A DNA stretch of 64,000 bases from Sarea resinae. Lineage: Eukaryota. The stretch spans positions 62,001-126,000 of the forward strand of contig JAPEUD010000012.1 of the NCBI GenBank assembly GCA_026026165.1, in the 5' to 3' direction. Made by a program: the position numbers and the translations under genes. Below, piece by piece: positions 36,001-49,181 of the stretch (positions are counted from its first letter, which is position 1; each line of letters starts with the position of its first letter). The notes under the pieces are model-generated. The model had not been told where the DNA came from, made no database searches, and worked only from the letters and a program-made list of their open reading frames with translations.

Positions 36001-39000
36001 AAGTCGAAGCTGGGAGGGCGGATCAGTTTCACCGGAGTACTGTATCTGGTGTAGCAGCCATCGAGGACTTGGTAACCTCGTACAACGTGCTGTGAACTAC
36101 CGGTACTGATGTAGAATCTCACGAAAATACTCATAGTACTACATACAGAGCACGTACCCTACCTAATTTATAGACAATAATGAGTGAATAATACCTGCCT
36201 CCAACCTTGCTCCCCAGACAGACACAAGTACCTAAGGTACCTAAGGTACCTAAGCTAAGAGAGTGATAATGTCCGGTCCCTCATCTTCCAAGGTTAGCAA
36301 GCTTGCGTTCGACTTCGATCCAGACCATATCGGCTTGCCAGCCCACTACCCCCCTACTATCCATGGATGAAACGCATGGATACTGACGGTGGCTTTGGGC
36401 GCTGGCATCCCGGACATATCGTCACCTCCTTTCAGGGTCTCCGACGGAATAGGGCTACTCCAATGATGCCGTCGGAACTGGCCGGTGCAGAGATATCATG
36501 TCCACCCTTACTTACTTTGCAGCACTCCGTACTCCAATACCGCTGATACAGCAGTACGAAATACTCCTCTATCGATCTATGCCTATTCCTATCGGCCGCC
36601 CATGCAGCCTTGTCCTCTCACGTTGCCAGATGGCTGAAGCCGGCCGGCCTGTCACAAAGGATCTGCGTTCTGTTTGCGCAGCGCATGCTGTACTTCATCA
36701 GTGCGCCTTGCCTACCTAGACCTTTCCGACGGACAAAGCTCCACTTTGCAGATACCAAGTGAAGTCACACGGCTGAACTCGGTCTTTGCCTTCACAGTCG
36801 GCCGTATGGACTCGGAGTCTTCTCCTCGAGTTCTTGGAAATGACGGTGATTTGTGATCCGAGCAGCTGCGCAAGATACACAATCCCTTGTGCAAGGCCCG
36901 TGTTAGGTTTGCCTGCCTAATGCTTGGCGACGAGGATTGAACTGATCTTCGTTCCTTGCCGCTACTGACTCGTTGGAGATGAAGATTATCAAATTATATT
37001 CCCAGCATCAAGCACGATGCATTCCTGATACAAAGCGCACTCGGAGTAGCAATTGATGGACATTGATCGACATTGAAACAACAGGACTCGGAATGGTGAG
37101 ATGATACGCATCGACATCGCTCTAGCCCACCGAGGACGTGACGATTATCTTATCGAAGCCCTGGTCCGGAGAGGAATGCCGAGATGGAGGCGGGCGGGTT
37201 GCCGTGCCCTAAATATCAAAACCCAATATCATTTTCTTGGCTCTTCACCGTCGGCCAGGCCAAAACAGAGATGACCTTTCAGCATGAGATTACGATAGCT
37301 TAGAGTCTCACACTAGACAGGACCGGTCAGAATTGTTTCCCCCAATCAAACGGGCAAGTCAACTTGTTTGGTACCGGATGGACACTCAACGGTGCGACCC
37401 GTCTGCCGGGTGACTACTTCTCCGACCTACGAAGTACCAGTCTGATGCGTCCGGCTTTCCAACGGACGCCCGCTATGATCGCGGGCACGCTAACGGTACT
37501 ACGAGTACTACGAGTCCGTCATGGTACTCCAGGGTACCTAAGGTACTTCGTACCTTACCAATGACCTGCTTAGGTACGTCAGTCTTTTCAAGAGCGAATG
37601 AAGAAAGAATAACGATAAGCCTCTGTTGGGCAGGGCTATCTGTCCCAAGGAAGCGGTCAGAGAACGTTGGTGCAACGGTTTACGAGATGTCATGCGTAAT
37701 GTCCTGACCGCCTTCTGGTCGGAGCATTCGACTTCGAGACAGGAGAATTAAGAGTTCAATGACAGTCTGGATGATCTTGAAGTCTAATCCTATCTCACCG
37801 CAAAAGCAAAGAAGGATCTGATACGACAGATAGCTTTCCCAGCGTCTCGGTCGGTCTCTGGACCCGGCAATCGAGTCCCAGTTGTTTTCCGCTCGATGAG
37901 ACGCCGCCTTCCGATCGCCTTTGAGATCATCATCACGCCTTGCAGGACTGTTGCCTGCCTTGTCACGACGTCTTCGGCCGAGGCTATCAGCATTCTGGTC
38001 GGATACATTCCTGGCTGGTTTTCTTGCCTCGAAGTAGAATAGGTAGTCGGTAGATGTTCATGATTTATGAGACAATGGAGAATTCGAGAGCTGATCCGGA
38101 AGAGACATGACGTGGCTCTTGGTTCCGTTGTCTTTGTTGCGAACATACCTAAGGTATGTATTACTGTCGATACCCATCGGTGTGCCGTGGATACCCGTCT
38201 CTGAATATGTGAGAAGATCTATCAGTGAAGTCTTGGCATAGGTACTAAGGCAGCTCAAGTTGGCTCACATACGGCACGGCGGCCATGGGGAGCATCTGGA
38301 GTAAAACAACGAACGAGCAAAGTTTCCGCGGGCGCGTGAGAGGAACTTCACGATGACGATCGCTACGTCGAATCAGGTATTCGAGGTGCGGCGATGCGTC
38401 GAAGTCCTGGCGGGGGGTACATGAGCTACAAGGAACACCAGAGCGACCGAGGATCATCGTACAAGAGAGAAGAGAGACAGGGAACGATGGGATGTCAGAC
38501 TCGCCATAGGTACCCAGTACTATGTACTCGGTACATCGCACAGCCGTGGACAGTGGTGGGTAGTAGGTGAGCACGGTCCCGCTTGGCCTCGTAAAGAATG
38601 GAGAAAGGGAGTGGAGGGATCAATTGAGCCATGGATCTCACACCTCGGCGGACCCTGGTCAGGTACAAAGTCCGGTCCAGCCAAGTCGAGCAAAGCAGAG
38701 GACGAGCATGGTCCAATCAATTGGCATCGACCACTGATCAATCCGTCAATGAACCTTGAATCGTCCAGAGGCCTCGGGCATTCGCATACGATGACTCTGC
38801 ATCGCATTACAGTCCTCGTACAGCTCCCATCAATGCTGTGCCGAAGGAACCTTGAAAATAGAGTACCTTACTATGTATGAGGTTGCCCAGGCCGATCGTC
38901 CGCGCGCTGGCCGGGTACCATTGGGCAATCGATGGCTTGTGCTGCCATGCTGCCATGGCCTGCCTCCGCTCCCAGGCACCCTACCGGGGCGACGAGAAAC

Positions 39001-39363
39001 GCTACCCGACCCGAGGTACGAAGTACCTGGACTCACTGCCGTCATTACCTATCCTCATGATACAAAATCAAAGCAACGCCGATGGGGAATTTCACCATTT
39101 GCTCAGGTACCTCCAGCTATCAATCAGCCTTCCTAAGGCCGAAGAAGAGACAGGTAGGTACTAAGGAAAGTACGGAGTAGAGCAGTGGGCACCTCGGAGT
39201 GTGCAGACAGCCGTGGTACCTCATGGAATGAAGCCACTAGGGATCATCAATCAATCAATCAATCTACGACGTACTCCGGAGCAGTATCTATCCAGCAATG
39301 GCTCACTTGATAGGTACTCCTGCGTACTAACCTACATATCTGACATCAAGTAGAACGAATAGA

Positions 39364-39366
<3 letters not shown>

Positions 39367-39426
<60 letters not shown>
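39367..39426 (+). repeat. (AGT)20 microsatellite
   Basis: Direct reading; perfect repeat. Confidence 0.95.
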
Positions 39427-39427
<1 letters not shown>

Positions 39428-41296
39428 CTCTAGCTTCTCTGGCACATTATCCATTAGCATCACCATCAGTCTAACCCCGTCAGTCGTGGGAGTCCTTCGG
39501 AGTGTAACTCGTACTACGGAATTCCGTTCCTCGGTCCACTAAAGCTAGGTAGGTACTACTTACCTGAGCAGCTGGAGGTGCAAAGTACCGCCTGATGTCG
39601 GCAAGGTGAGGTCAGGATACGACGACCTCCTTCCCTAAGATACCTACCTAGTAGTAGTAGTAGGCGGGCTGGTCCATGTGCTGCTGCCTCTCTTCCTTAC
39701 CTGACCGTCCCTGGACCCTGCCCGCCTCACCTGCTACCTGACAACCTAACTGACTAGGTACCTCGACCTTGCCCTATCGCTCGTTAGTGAGGAGGAACTA
39801 CCCGGGGCCCTCTCACTACTAGGTAACCAAAGGCAAGTCTACCGTACCTATCTCCTACTCTCGCGCTTCCCATCGCCCATCGCCCATCACCCATCACCCT
39901 CCACCCTCTACCCTCTATCGTCTTGCTTGTTCTTTGCTCTCCACGACCGACGGACCCCTCGATCGTGTTCGTGATCTGGGACTCTCACTGTGCGCTCCTC
40001 CTCGACGGCCTACACAGCGTACCCCGAAAAGTACCTCGTCGACTACCGCCACTTGCATCCATCCATCACGACTAGTAATACACACGTATTACACACACTA
40101 CCTCACTTTACCCAACCTTCCATGGACCTCTGACCCACAATGAATTGCGGAATCTGTCTAGACGCCTTCACCGACCTCCACACCTCAGGCACGACAGGAC
40201 GGCACATCTGGCACATCTTCGCCTTCAAGCCTCCCCTCCCATCATAATCCCTCCCTCCTCTCGCCCATTTTAACTTTGACTTGGATGTACACCAACTCAT
40301 GTGTACACGAACAGAGGCTTTGTGCAACCCTACCGTGCTTCCAAGACACGAGGCCTCTTCAAGTCTAGCGAGCACCCTGCGCCCTGGTCTCGGGATGAAA
40401 GCGAGCTGCAGCTCCAGACACTCCAGACACTCCAGACACTCCTCCAAGACCTCTGAAGCTTGAGAAGTCGATCCTTCTTCTTCTTCCTCGTCGTCCTTCG
40501 ACGCTTCCAGTCCAAGGCAAGTCACGCTTAGCCCGTTCCCTTCCTTTGGTGCTTCCATCCCTCTGCATGTCCGTCAACCGTTGGCGACCTCCCAACCTTA
40601 CCTTGCCTCCCCACCCTCATTGCTTTCTACCTCGATCATAAAATCTATTCTCCGCAATCCGATCTGAGAAGTGAGTTGGAATAGATAGATCGCCCTCTGT
40701 CCTTAGTGGCTTCCTCTTCTTCACCCGGCTTCGACACCGCTGCGGACTACCCGCCAATCGCCCCCCTCCCGGATTCCGCCATCCGATATTGCACCTCTGG
40801 AGAGCATACTACATCTCTCGTCTTCGCCATTTCTCAGCGGCTGGCTAGTGGCAATTACTTCCGCAAGTTTGCTGCTGGCGTCCGCCGTGACCCGACGACC
40901 CTATATTGTTTGGTCCCGACTGATTTCGACTGCCGGCCCTATCTCACAATAGACAGCTTGCCTTCCCGTCATAGCTGTTGTCCGCCGGCTTGTCGATCTG
41001 AACTACCACCGCCAAGCTTGCTTGCTTGATTGCCCTTCGACACCACGGGCCTCTCTTCAGCCGTCCTTTCCAACCTTGCGGCAACCCTACCTTCTTTTCA
41101 CACCTGGCTCCCCGTCCCCCACCCCAGACTCACCGACACACACGATTCGGAAGCTACTATTCTCTCCTTTAGTATCATGTCGCTGCCGCGTATATGAACT
41201 TTGGCGCTCGACAATTCTGGCTTGGCTCTACGCAGGAACAACACTATAGCCTTAGGCCTGAATCGCGGCAACGTATGGAGAAAAGGGTCACATGAG

Positions 41297-44200
41297 ATGG
41301 AGGGTGCACTTCACGAGCCCAAACGCCAGCGCACACAGCCATATAGCGGTGGGCCCCAACACGGTCGAGTTCCCTTACCTTCCGAGCAAGCACCTCCGCC
41401 GCCACCGCCGTACTCAAGTCATGGTCTTCCCTCACTACAATCGCAACCATCGTCGGCATATCATGAAAACATATCGAACGAGAATCGAGCGTTGCCAGAC
41501 CCAATGCAGCACTACAGCCATGGGCCATCGCCTTATCCCACAGTCGTGACCAACGGCCGCCCGTATCCCCACGATCGACCCTTTCGACCTGGAAGCAATC
41601 CCAGTCTACCAAATTCTACAGGAGAGCATCAGCATCCACCGTTGCGGCCACTGAGCGTTGCACCAGGATACGAGACGAATCAGCAACCACAGCAGCAACC
41701 GCACCTCATGGACCCTTCCGGACACCATGGCTATCCTAGTCAAGGCAATCGACCGAATGGCATGGTCTCTCATAGCATGTCTGCGCCTCCTCACCCCGAA
41801 GGAATAGCAACTCATCCCATCGACCACAATGGCGGCTACATTCCCTCTCCGATCTCTGCCAGCCCCGCATATCCATCTGGTGTTCCTTATGGAACCCCGG
41901 CCGCCCTGGTGGGCGTTACGACTCTTGGGCCACCCAGAAGAAAGGCCGTAAGGGCCGCTCAGGTACGTTGGATTGTTCCGGCGATTATTCATCTGACTGA
42001 CGCGCGGAGAAAAGGCTTGTGACGCTTGTCGGCAGCGGAAGGCGAAATGCGATGAAGGCAGGCCTGCTTGCGCATTCTGCAAGGAAAATGAGCTGACGTG
42101 TGTCTATCGTGATGTGCCCCCGCAAAAGTAAGTCGTTCTTTTCGGGCGAGCAGAATTGAGGCTAAAATTCGAATACAGGCAAGATCGTTCACAGGCCGAA
42201 ATAATGACATCGTTGCAAAAGATGAACGACAGCTTTAGCGAACAGTACAAGGGTCTAGCTCAAGCTGTTGATAGCATGAAAGCTGAGCTACGCCGTGTCG
42301 AGCGATCTCTACAAGCATTCACGAAATCGCTCCCGAACAGCAGCGGCCAAGTCGCCGAAGACGCCCAAGAGAACACTTCGGATACTCAGGAGACTCCTCG
42401 GAGCAGCAGCTCGCAAAATACTGGCATTCGATTAGAGGACTATACGCATCCCATGTCAAGGGATCAGTCCGTGGCAACAGAGAATTCTAGTTATGACCAA
42501 AATGCTCATGAGATACTCGAGTTATCTATCCCCATCGAGCATACTACAGCTGCCCAAAAGCTCCTCTCCTGGGATTCGATTCGGAAACTGACCCTGTCGG
42601 TGAGGATTAACGAGGCCTACGTCATGGATCTGGAGAAAAGCCGGGGTCTGATCCGACTTTACGGCCGGGGGGAAGGGGGTGTCAATCAGGGCGCCTCGCA
42701 CGCAGGAAGCCCAAGACTGTCCACTCCAGCATATTTCGAGCACGAGCATCTACTCCCCGTTGCTTCAGATTTGCCACCGGCGGATCTTTGGGGTGGTATG
42801 ATTCAAGATGCTAGCGAGAACGCTTTGCGCAATCAGGAAGGGCCTTTGAGGTTGGATACCAAGACGGCTTATCGCTTCGCCGATAGTTATTTCCGGCACA
42901 TCCACATTCTCCACCCTTTCCTGCAGCGAGGAATGACGAGGAAACTTTTGGATTCTTTCCTCGCGCGATATGGACCTTCCAGTGAGCATCTGGCAAAACC
43001 CGTCAACTTTGAGAACGGGTCTCCAGGTTCTTTTAATCGGACGCAGAAACGCAAGCGTTCCGCTGGCGGTGTTCCGCCGATGGCATCAAATCTGTCGTCC
43101 TCGTCAACGGGATCATTCCCTGGTCCCAACCCTCCGGACCATTCCATTTCCACTGCGATCGTCTTACTAGTGCTTGCCCTTGGCGCTGTTTGCGAACACA
43201 AAGATCCGCTTCCTGGCATCACAGGGGGATCCGCTCGGCTCCGTTCAGATCCATTGGGATCTCCATATGGTTCGCCCCACTCTGCCAGGCCGTCACCCAG
43301 CTCGTCTCAACACAACAGTTTCACTTCAGCATATTCGCCGGACGATAGAGAGGCAAGTCGGAGGCCATCCTGCGAAGATCCCAATGCAGGATCTGCGTTG
43401 CGGAATATCGATATCATTCCAGGGTTGGCTTACTATGCGTATGCCACCAATATACTTGGAAACCATCATGGTGGCAATGAATTGCCGCACGTTCATGCCT
43501 GCTTACTTGCAGGACTTTACGCCGGACAGCTGGCGCGAGTCATAGAGAGTTGGAGTTGGATCAATACAGCTTGCAGAACGTGTCAGACTCTCTTTGGACC
43601 GTAAGTTCCCGGTTGTGTCCTCGACATCCCTCTCTAACAAACTCGTGTAGCGCCGAACATAGACTTTTACGAGAGCTGAGCAGACAGACGTCCGCAAAGC
43701 AAATCGATGAAGAATTGTCGGCCAAGCTAGACCCTAGCCTGCTTGCGTTTTGGACATGTTTACAGCTAGAGAGGTAAGTGTTGCGTCGACAGTGAGAAAC
43801 ACCAGAGCTGACGTTGTTCAAGCGACCTGCTAGCTGAGATGGATCTTCCGCCATCTGGCATAACGAGATATGAAGACGCGTCTTTCTTTTCTATGCCCAA
43901 TTGTATCTCGCTAGATGGAGTTCCACATGCGCCTGCGCCTGGCTCCGCAGATGAAACGATGATGCGATACTATTACGCTCAAATAACGATACGAAAGATC
44001 CTTAATCGGGCTCATACTGCTTTATACTCGGCCGAAAGTACGTATCTGTCCTATAGCCGCGCTACTCTTACTCACATGGCCCAGAAACGACGTCGAAGCA
44101 TGCGGCTTGGTCAATATTGACTAGTGACGATCTCGCCTTCCAACTCGATGGCTGGAGGAAGACTCTACCAGAACCGCTGCAGTGGGATGACAATGATCCG

Positions 44201-44905
44201 CCTGCCAAAGATATCAATGCCGCGAGACTTCGCGGGAAATACTATGGCGCGCAGTATATCATACATCGGCCATTTCTGCACAAAGCTCTTCACTCGGAAA
44301 AGCCGTCTTCCCGCGCTCAAGCGGTCAGCTCACCGATGAAGAATTCTCCGTCGATGACCGGGGCCAAGAAGGAATACCACGGTTCCTCACCGGCGCCTCC
44401 ATTTTCCGAAACGCGAGTGAACAAGAGCATCGTCTCGGGAAAGACGGAAGCTGAATGGACCAACTCAGATATCAAGATTCTGGATGCGGCTAGAACGTGT
44501 ATATGCGCGGCTATGCGGAGTACCGTCGCGTTTGACGGAGTTCCGCAACGACTCATAGTCACGAATATATTCGGCACTTCTCATGCGTATGTCCCAAGCC
44601 CTCAGTCCTTCAATCTGCCATGGAATGACGACAGATCGTGACATGCCTGCTGACACTACGACAGTCAATTCGGGAATCTGCTGGTTCTCTCTGCAACATA
44701 TGATTCCGACTTGTCTTTCATGGTCCCTAGGGAGAAGCTCATGCAACTTCTTAAGCGGACGATCAAATTCCTGCGGCCGTTAGGTCGTCTCTCGCCTACT
44801 CTGAAAATGGACACCGTAATCCTCGAACATATCGAGAGCCAGCTCTTTGGCTCGTCTAATTCGGTTTCGTCAGCTTCAGTGGATGGTGTGGCAGGAGAAG
44901 GGTAG
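41297..44905 (+). CDS. Zn(II)2Cys6 fungal transcription factor with Pro/His/Gln-rich N-terminus, multi-exon
   Basis: After the intron at ~41963-42014: RRKAVRAAQ|ACDACRQRKAKCDEGRPACAFCKENELTCVY (CX2CX6CX6CX2CX6C); middle region SYFRHIHILHPFL, LLVLALG, FWTCLQLE, DINAARLRGKYYGAQYIIHRPFL, LIVTNIFGTSHAQFGN. Start codon uncertain. Confidence 0.9.
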
Positions 44906-45769
44906 TCCATCGGTCCTATCCGTTTGATCCATGCGCTCCCCACTCCCGATTCCTCTCGAATTCAATTCCTCTCATTCCCGTTTACACACCACATACCCAA
45001 GGCTGCTTATTTCCTCCTTCGTGGGTCGTGTCTGGCCGGCCAGCAACCACGTAAGAATCGCTTCAATCTCGACTTCGGCTTTATCTTTCCATCTTTTAGT
45101 CTCGTGACAGGGGTCCAGAGGAAGCTGGTATGGGATCGGATGGGGCGGCTACCTGAAAGCATCTTTAGCGGATTGAGGATTTTTTTTTGGTTTTGACATT
45201 CTTTTCTATCTGATACCAGCACAAGCGAGTCATGCGTCATCTTTTGGGGGTTTTTTCTGGGCGGCTATCTGAGCGATCGTTTCAACTTTTCTACCATGTT
45301 GTCAAATTCTCTTTGGTTCGCCAATTTCTGCTTTTCCTTCCGATGGGGGCCTTTTTAGTTGGCGTTTTGGTTTCTTTTATTAGCTGGTTTCGAACGGCGG
45401 TCAGGCGCGGATCTCCCTCGGCGGCAGTGGTGGTGATGATAACGGCCGGGATCGTTGTGAATGCCGTGACCTCGGTGACAGTGGCCAACGACTGACAGAG
45501 ACAAGATGATACGATCGATGGGTGGCGGTTTCTTTGCTTTACCTGGGAAGCGATGACACAGTACGGCGGCGGCGGCTGCTGCTTTGGTTGTACAGAAGTG
45601 GTGGTCTTTTGTGATTTCTGGCTTCCTGTGCGTGATAAGAGAATTGGGGCGGCAGCGGTAGAGAAAGAAGGAGAGAGGGAGGGGTGCAGAGGGAGAGTAG
45701 GGACCGACGAAGCCAGACGAGAGATGGTGAGATAGCTTTAGTTCTAGTCCTACCGAGTGACTGGTTCTG

Positions 45770-46800
45770 TCTGTCTGTCTGTTACCTGAAGCTCTCTATA
45801 GCCCACCATTGTCTGTCCGTCTGTCCGTCTGTCCGTCTGTCCGTCTGTCCGTCCGTCTGTCCGTTTGTTTTAGATGTCTGGCGAGATGGCAAGATGATGA
45901 CAGCAGCAGAATTATTATCTCGATTTCTTCTTCACTGTGGTGTCCTCTCCCCCTCCTCCCCCCCTTCGACTCGCTGTTGACTAGATAGGTAGGGGAGCCC
46001 GGCGGGCAATGGATGGGGCCAAGAAATGTGATGTCCATCCCATCCATTGCTGAACGTCTCCCGTGTTTCTTTGTCAGTCAGTCAGTCAACCAACCAGCCA
46101 GTCAGTCAGCCAACCAGCCAGCCAACCAGCCAGCTCTATGGGTTTTTTCCCCTTTGGGAGGCCTCTGATATGGTTGGTGTTGGTGATTAATACTGCAAGA
46201 TAAGGTCAGATAAAGTAAGGTAGGGTTAGAGTACAATGATATGATAGGGCTACGTAGTACTACGCTACTACGACCACCACCACCGCCTACGGAGTACTTC
46301 ATACAGTACAGTACGGGCCGGGCCGGGCCGGCCCTACCTACCTACCTACCTCGATGGCCTTACATACAGCGTACAGTAGGTAGGTAGGTACGTATGTATG
46401 TATGTATGTATGTATATATGTATATGATGGCAGTGGGAGTAGGGAGTATTGAGTGCAGCGAGGAGAGGAGAGGAGAGGAGAGGAGAGGAGAGGAGAGGAG
46501 AGGAGAGGAGAGGAGAGCAGCTAGAATAAGACGGCGGTCTTATGTATGGATATTGAGAGCCATGATGATGATGATGATGATGGACGGCACACATACAGCG
46601 AGCAGACATGCATTGCGTTCATGCGTTCATGCCCCCTACACGAAATGGCAACTTTTCACAGATAAGACAACATAAGAAACGCCTCGTGAGCGCCGCGCCG
46701 AATTGACTTTTCTCAACGCCAGCCGGCCAGCCAGACAGGCAGCCATACCAGAGGCTCCTAGCTCCCAGCTCCCAGCTCCCAGCTGCCGTGTTTGTTTCCT
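45770..46800. repeat. Dense microsatellite cluster: (CTGT/CCGT)n, (CAGT/CCAG)n, (TACC)n, (TATG)n, (AGGAG)11 at 46461-46515, (GAT)n, (CTCCCAG)n
   Basis: Direct reading; lies between convergent TF and BPI-like genes. Confidence 0.9.
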
Positions 46801-46900
46801 GATTCCCGCTTCCTGTTTTCCATTTCCTATTTCGGTTTCCCCTCCCGTAACACAGTCCACAAAGGGTAGTAGATGGCATCCAAAGGCCTTAAAAAAGAAA

Positions 46901-49181
46901 TCACTGCCCCATCATCATAGTCTGAATATCAAAGACCTCATTGCGCCAGCCGCGGCCGCCATCGGCAGCAGCATCCTCAACGACCTCGCCCGCCCTCTCG
47001 CCCTCCTCATTCCACACCTTGACCACGCTACCAGGCGCATAGACGCCCTTGAAGATGCCCTCGCCGGGCGCAACAACGCCGCCCCTGACGTATACATCGG
47101 GATCCTCTTCGGGCGTCAAGCGGGCTAGGACAGCCTTGACGAACGTAAGCAGATCCTGCGGATCCGCGACCCGAGTAGCACGGAGCCGTTCCCGTGCGAA
47201 GAGCAATTCGCGATTGGCAGCGTGGAAAAAGTCCGCGATGGCGTTCGCGATCGACTTTTCGAGTGTGTGCCGGATGATCGGCCGCAACAGGGGCTTGAAA
47301 AGCCACGCGAGCAACGAGAAACGCGACTTGCGAAGAGAGTACGAAAAGTGGTGGATATGTACTCTGACCGCCTTGAGCGTGATCATGTCCTCTAGTTTCT
47401 CCTTACCGAGCTCGATATCTAGCGCGATATCGAGGCCGCGGTCGTCAAGTTGGAAAGAGGCGATGCCCTCGTCCGCGAGACGGAAGATCCCTGAGTGGGC
47501 GCGGAGCCAAAATCCAACGTCGTCGGCGCGGAGGGAGAGGCCGGAGAGTGCGATGGTGAGGTTGGTGGATACCTTGGAATGAGTGCGGAAGCGGGCTTTG
47601 CGGACTTGAACATCGTTAAGGGTTGTGAGATTGAATTTGTAAGGAAGGAATGAGGTGTTGTTGATGGTGTTTCCAGGTTCGATGATGAGGTTTTCGAGGA
47701 GCAGATCCATTTCGGGAACGGAGATCTCAAGGCGCGGAATCGGAATATACTGAATTGCCGATATGACAAGGGGAATGAAGACCTGGAGGGCATCGTCGAC
47801 GAGTTCGCTGTTGGTTGCGCTATTAAGGGGCGATAGGATGCGGAAGACTTTGGTGGTTGTGGTGATGAGGTTGGCGATATCAGAGTCTCGCATCACGGAA
47901 TTCAGAGTCGTCTGAACCTGTCCGAGAAGATTGTCAACATCCGTGCGGAGGGACGAGTCGGATCCAGTATTGCGGGCCCGCTTTCGTAGTTCCTCGAGCT
48001 TTTGTCCTGCTTCATCGAAAAAGGCAGGATCTGTCAGAAGCTTCTGAACCGAGTTTCCAACATCCGTCATCAATCCCTCGAATTCCGGGTCATTTTGTGA
48101 ATGATCCATCACTTTGTTGAATCGTTTTTCGAGCTCGTCCCATTCATTCCGATCGCCGAATGACTTGAGCAGAGACCAAAAGTTCTTCACCGCGCGATCG
48201 AGCTCTTTGTTGGTGCTGACATCGTCTTGAGCCGTACTGATGGTCGAGTCCACTGCTCGCGAGTAGACCATGGCATATCGTTTGGTGAGCAACGTGATTG
48301 TCGATACCGAATCCGAGTAGTCATTGCGCTTTCTGAGCTTCAAGACAGCTTGCTTCAATCGATACAACAGCGTTTCCCGTTGATCCCCCGACACGTTATC
48401 CGCCAAGCTCGACGCCGCATCTTTGCCGGTCTTGGCTAAGCCATTGGTTACGACGCTAGTCACATTTGTGACTTCACCTCCCAGGTCGCCCGCAGTAGGC
48501 GGTGGTCCTTGTTCTGAGCCAGGCTCTTTTATCGTTTTGCTATCCTCTGCAGACGGTTCCACCTCCTTTGCTGCATCTTGGGCGACTTCGGAGAGCGACT
48601 GCGCAGTATCCGCAAATACTTGGCGCCCGACAACGTTCAGGTCTGAGAGGAAGAGGCGAAAGTCGGAGTTGGTAAGTAGAAGGCTCCCGACGGTTCGAAG
48701 GCTCTCATAGGCTAGTATCTTCAGTTTCAGTCACCCCACCAGGACAATCTCTCATACCTGCAGCAGTATCCGCCTTTTTCTTCACGGAAGCCGCCTTATT
48801 GGCTATATCCTCTGTGTCCAATGAGATCCTTGATTTTGAGAGATACCAAATAAAGTCCTGGATCTGGTCTTCGTCGTTTTTATGACGGAGCAGCTCGATG
48901 AATTGCGACAGCCACTGTTTAGAGAACTTGGCGAGCAAGCGCCCTGAATCACTCAAGTCCTGGGTGTCAGGATTGAGCACGTCCGACGCCAGTAAAGTTC
49001 GCAGATTGATGACGACCTGTTCGGTCGACGGCATGTACCCCTTGGTCAGGGCTCGGACCATCTGGTAAGAGTGTAGCTTCTGATGCAGACGAGCCTGCAT
49101 GGCCGTGTCATCGTGATACCTCGGTAAGAGCGGATCTGTATCATCGCCCTTGGCTTTGCGAAAACCAAAACAAGACGACAT
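46901..49181 (-). CDS. Fungal BPI-like / HAM1-like (DUF4449-type) protein, 2 exons
   Basis: ATG 49181 MSSCFGFRK..., LHQKLHSYQMVRALTKGYMPSTEQ, intron ~48757-48706, SLRTVGSLLLTNSDFRLFLSDL..., IQYIPIPRLEISVPEMDLLLENL, GLDIALDIE; matches my recollection of this conserved fungal family. Confidence 0.75.

Noticed and set aside
39555..39720. ACTTACCTG resembling the U1 snRNA 5' end
   Set aside because: No U1 loop II (TTGCAC) or Sm site follows; embedded in TACC-rich low-complexity DNA.
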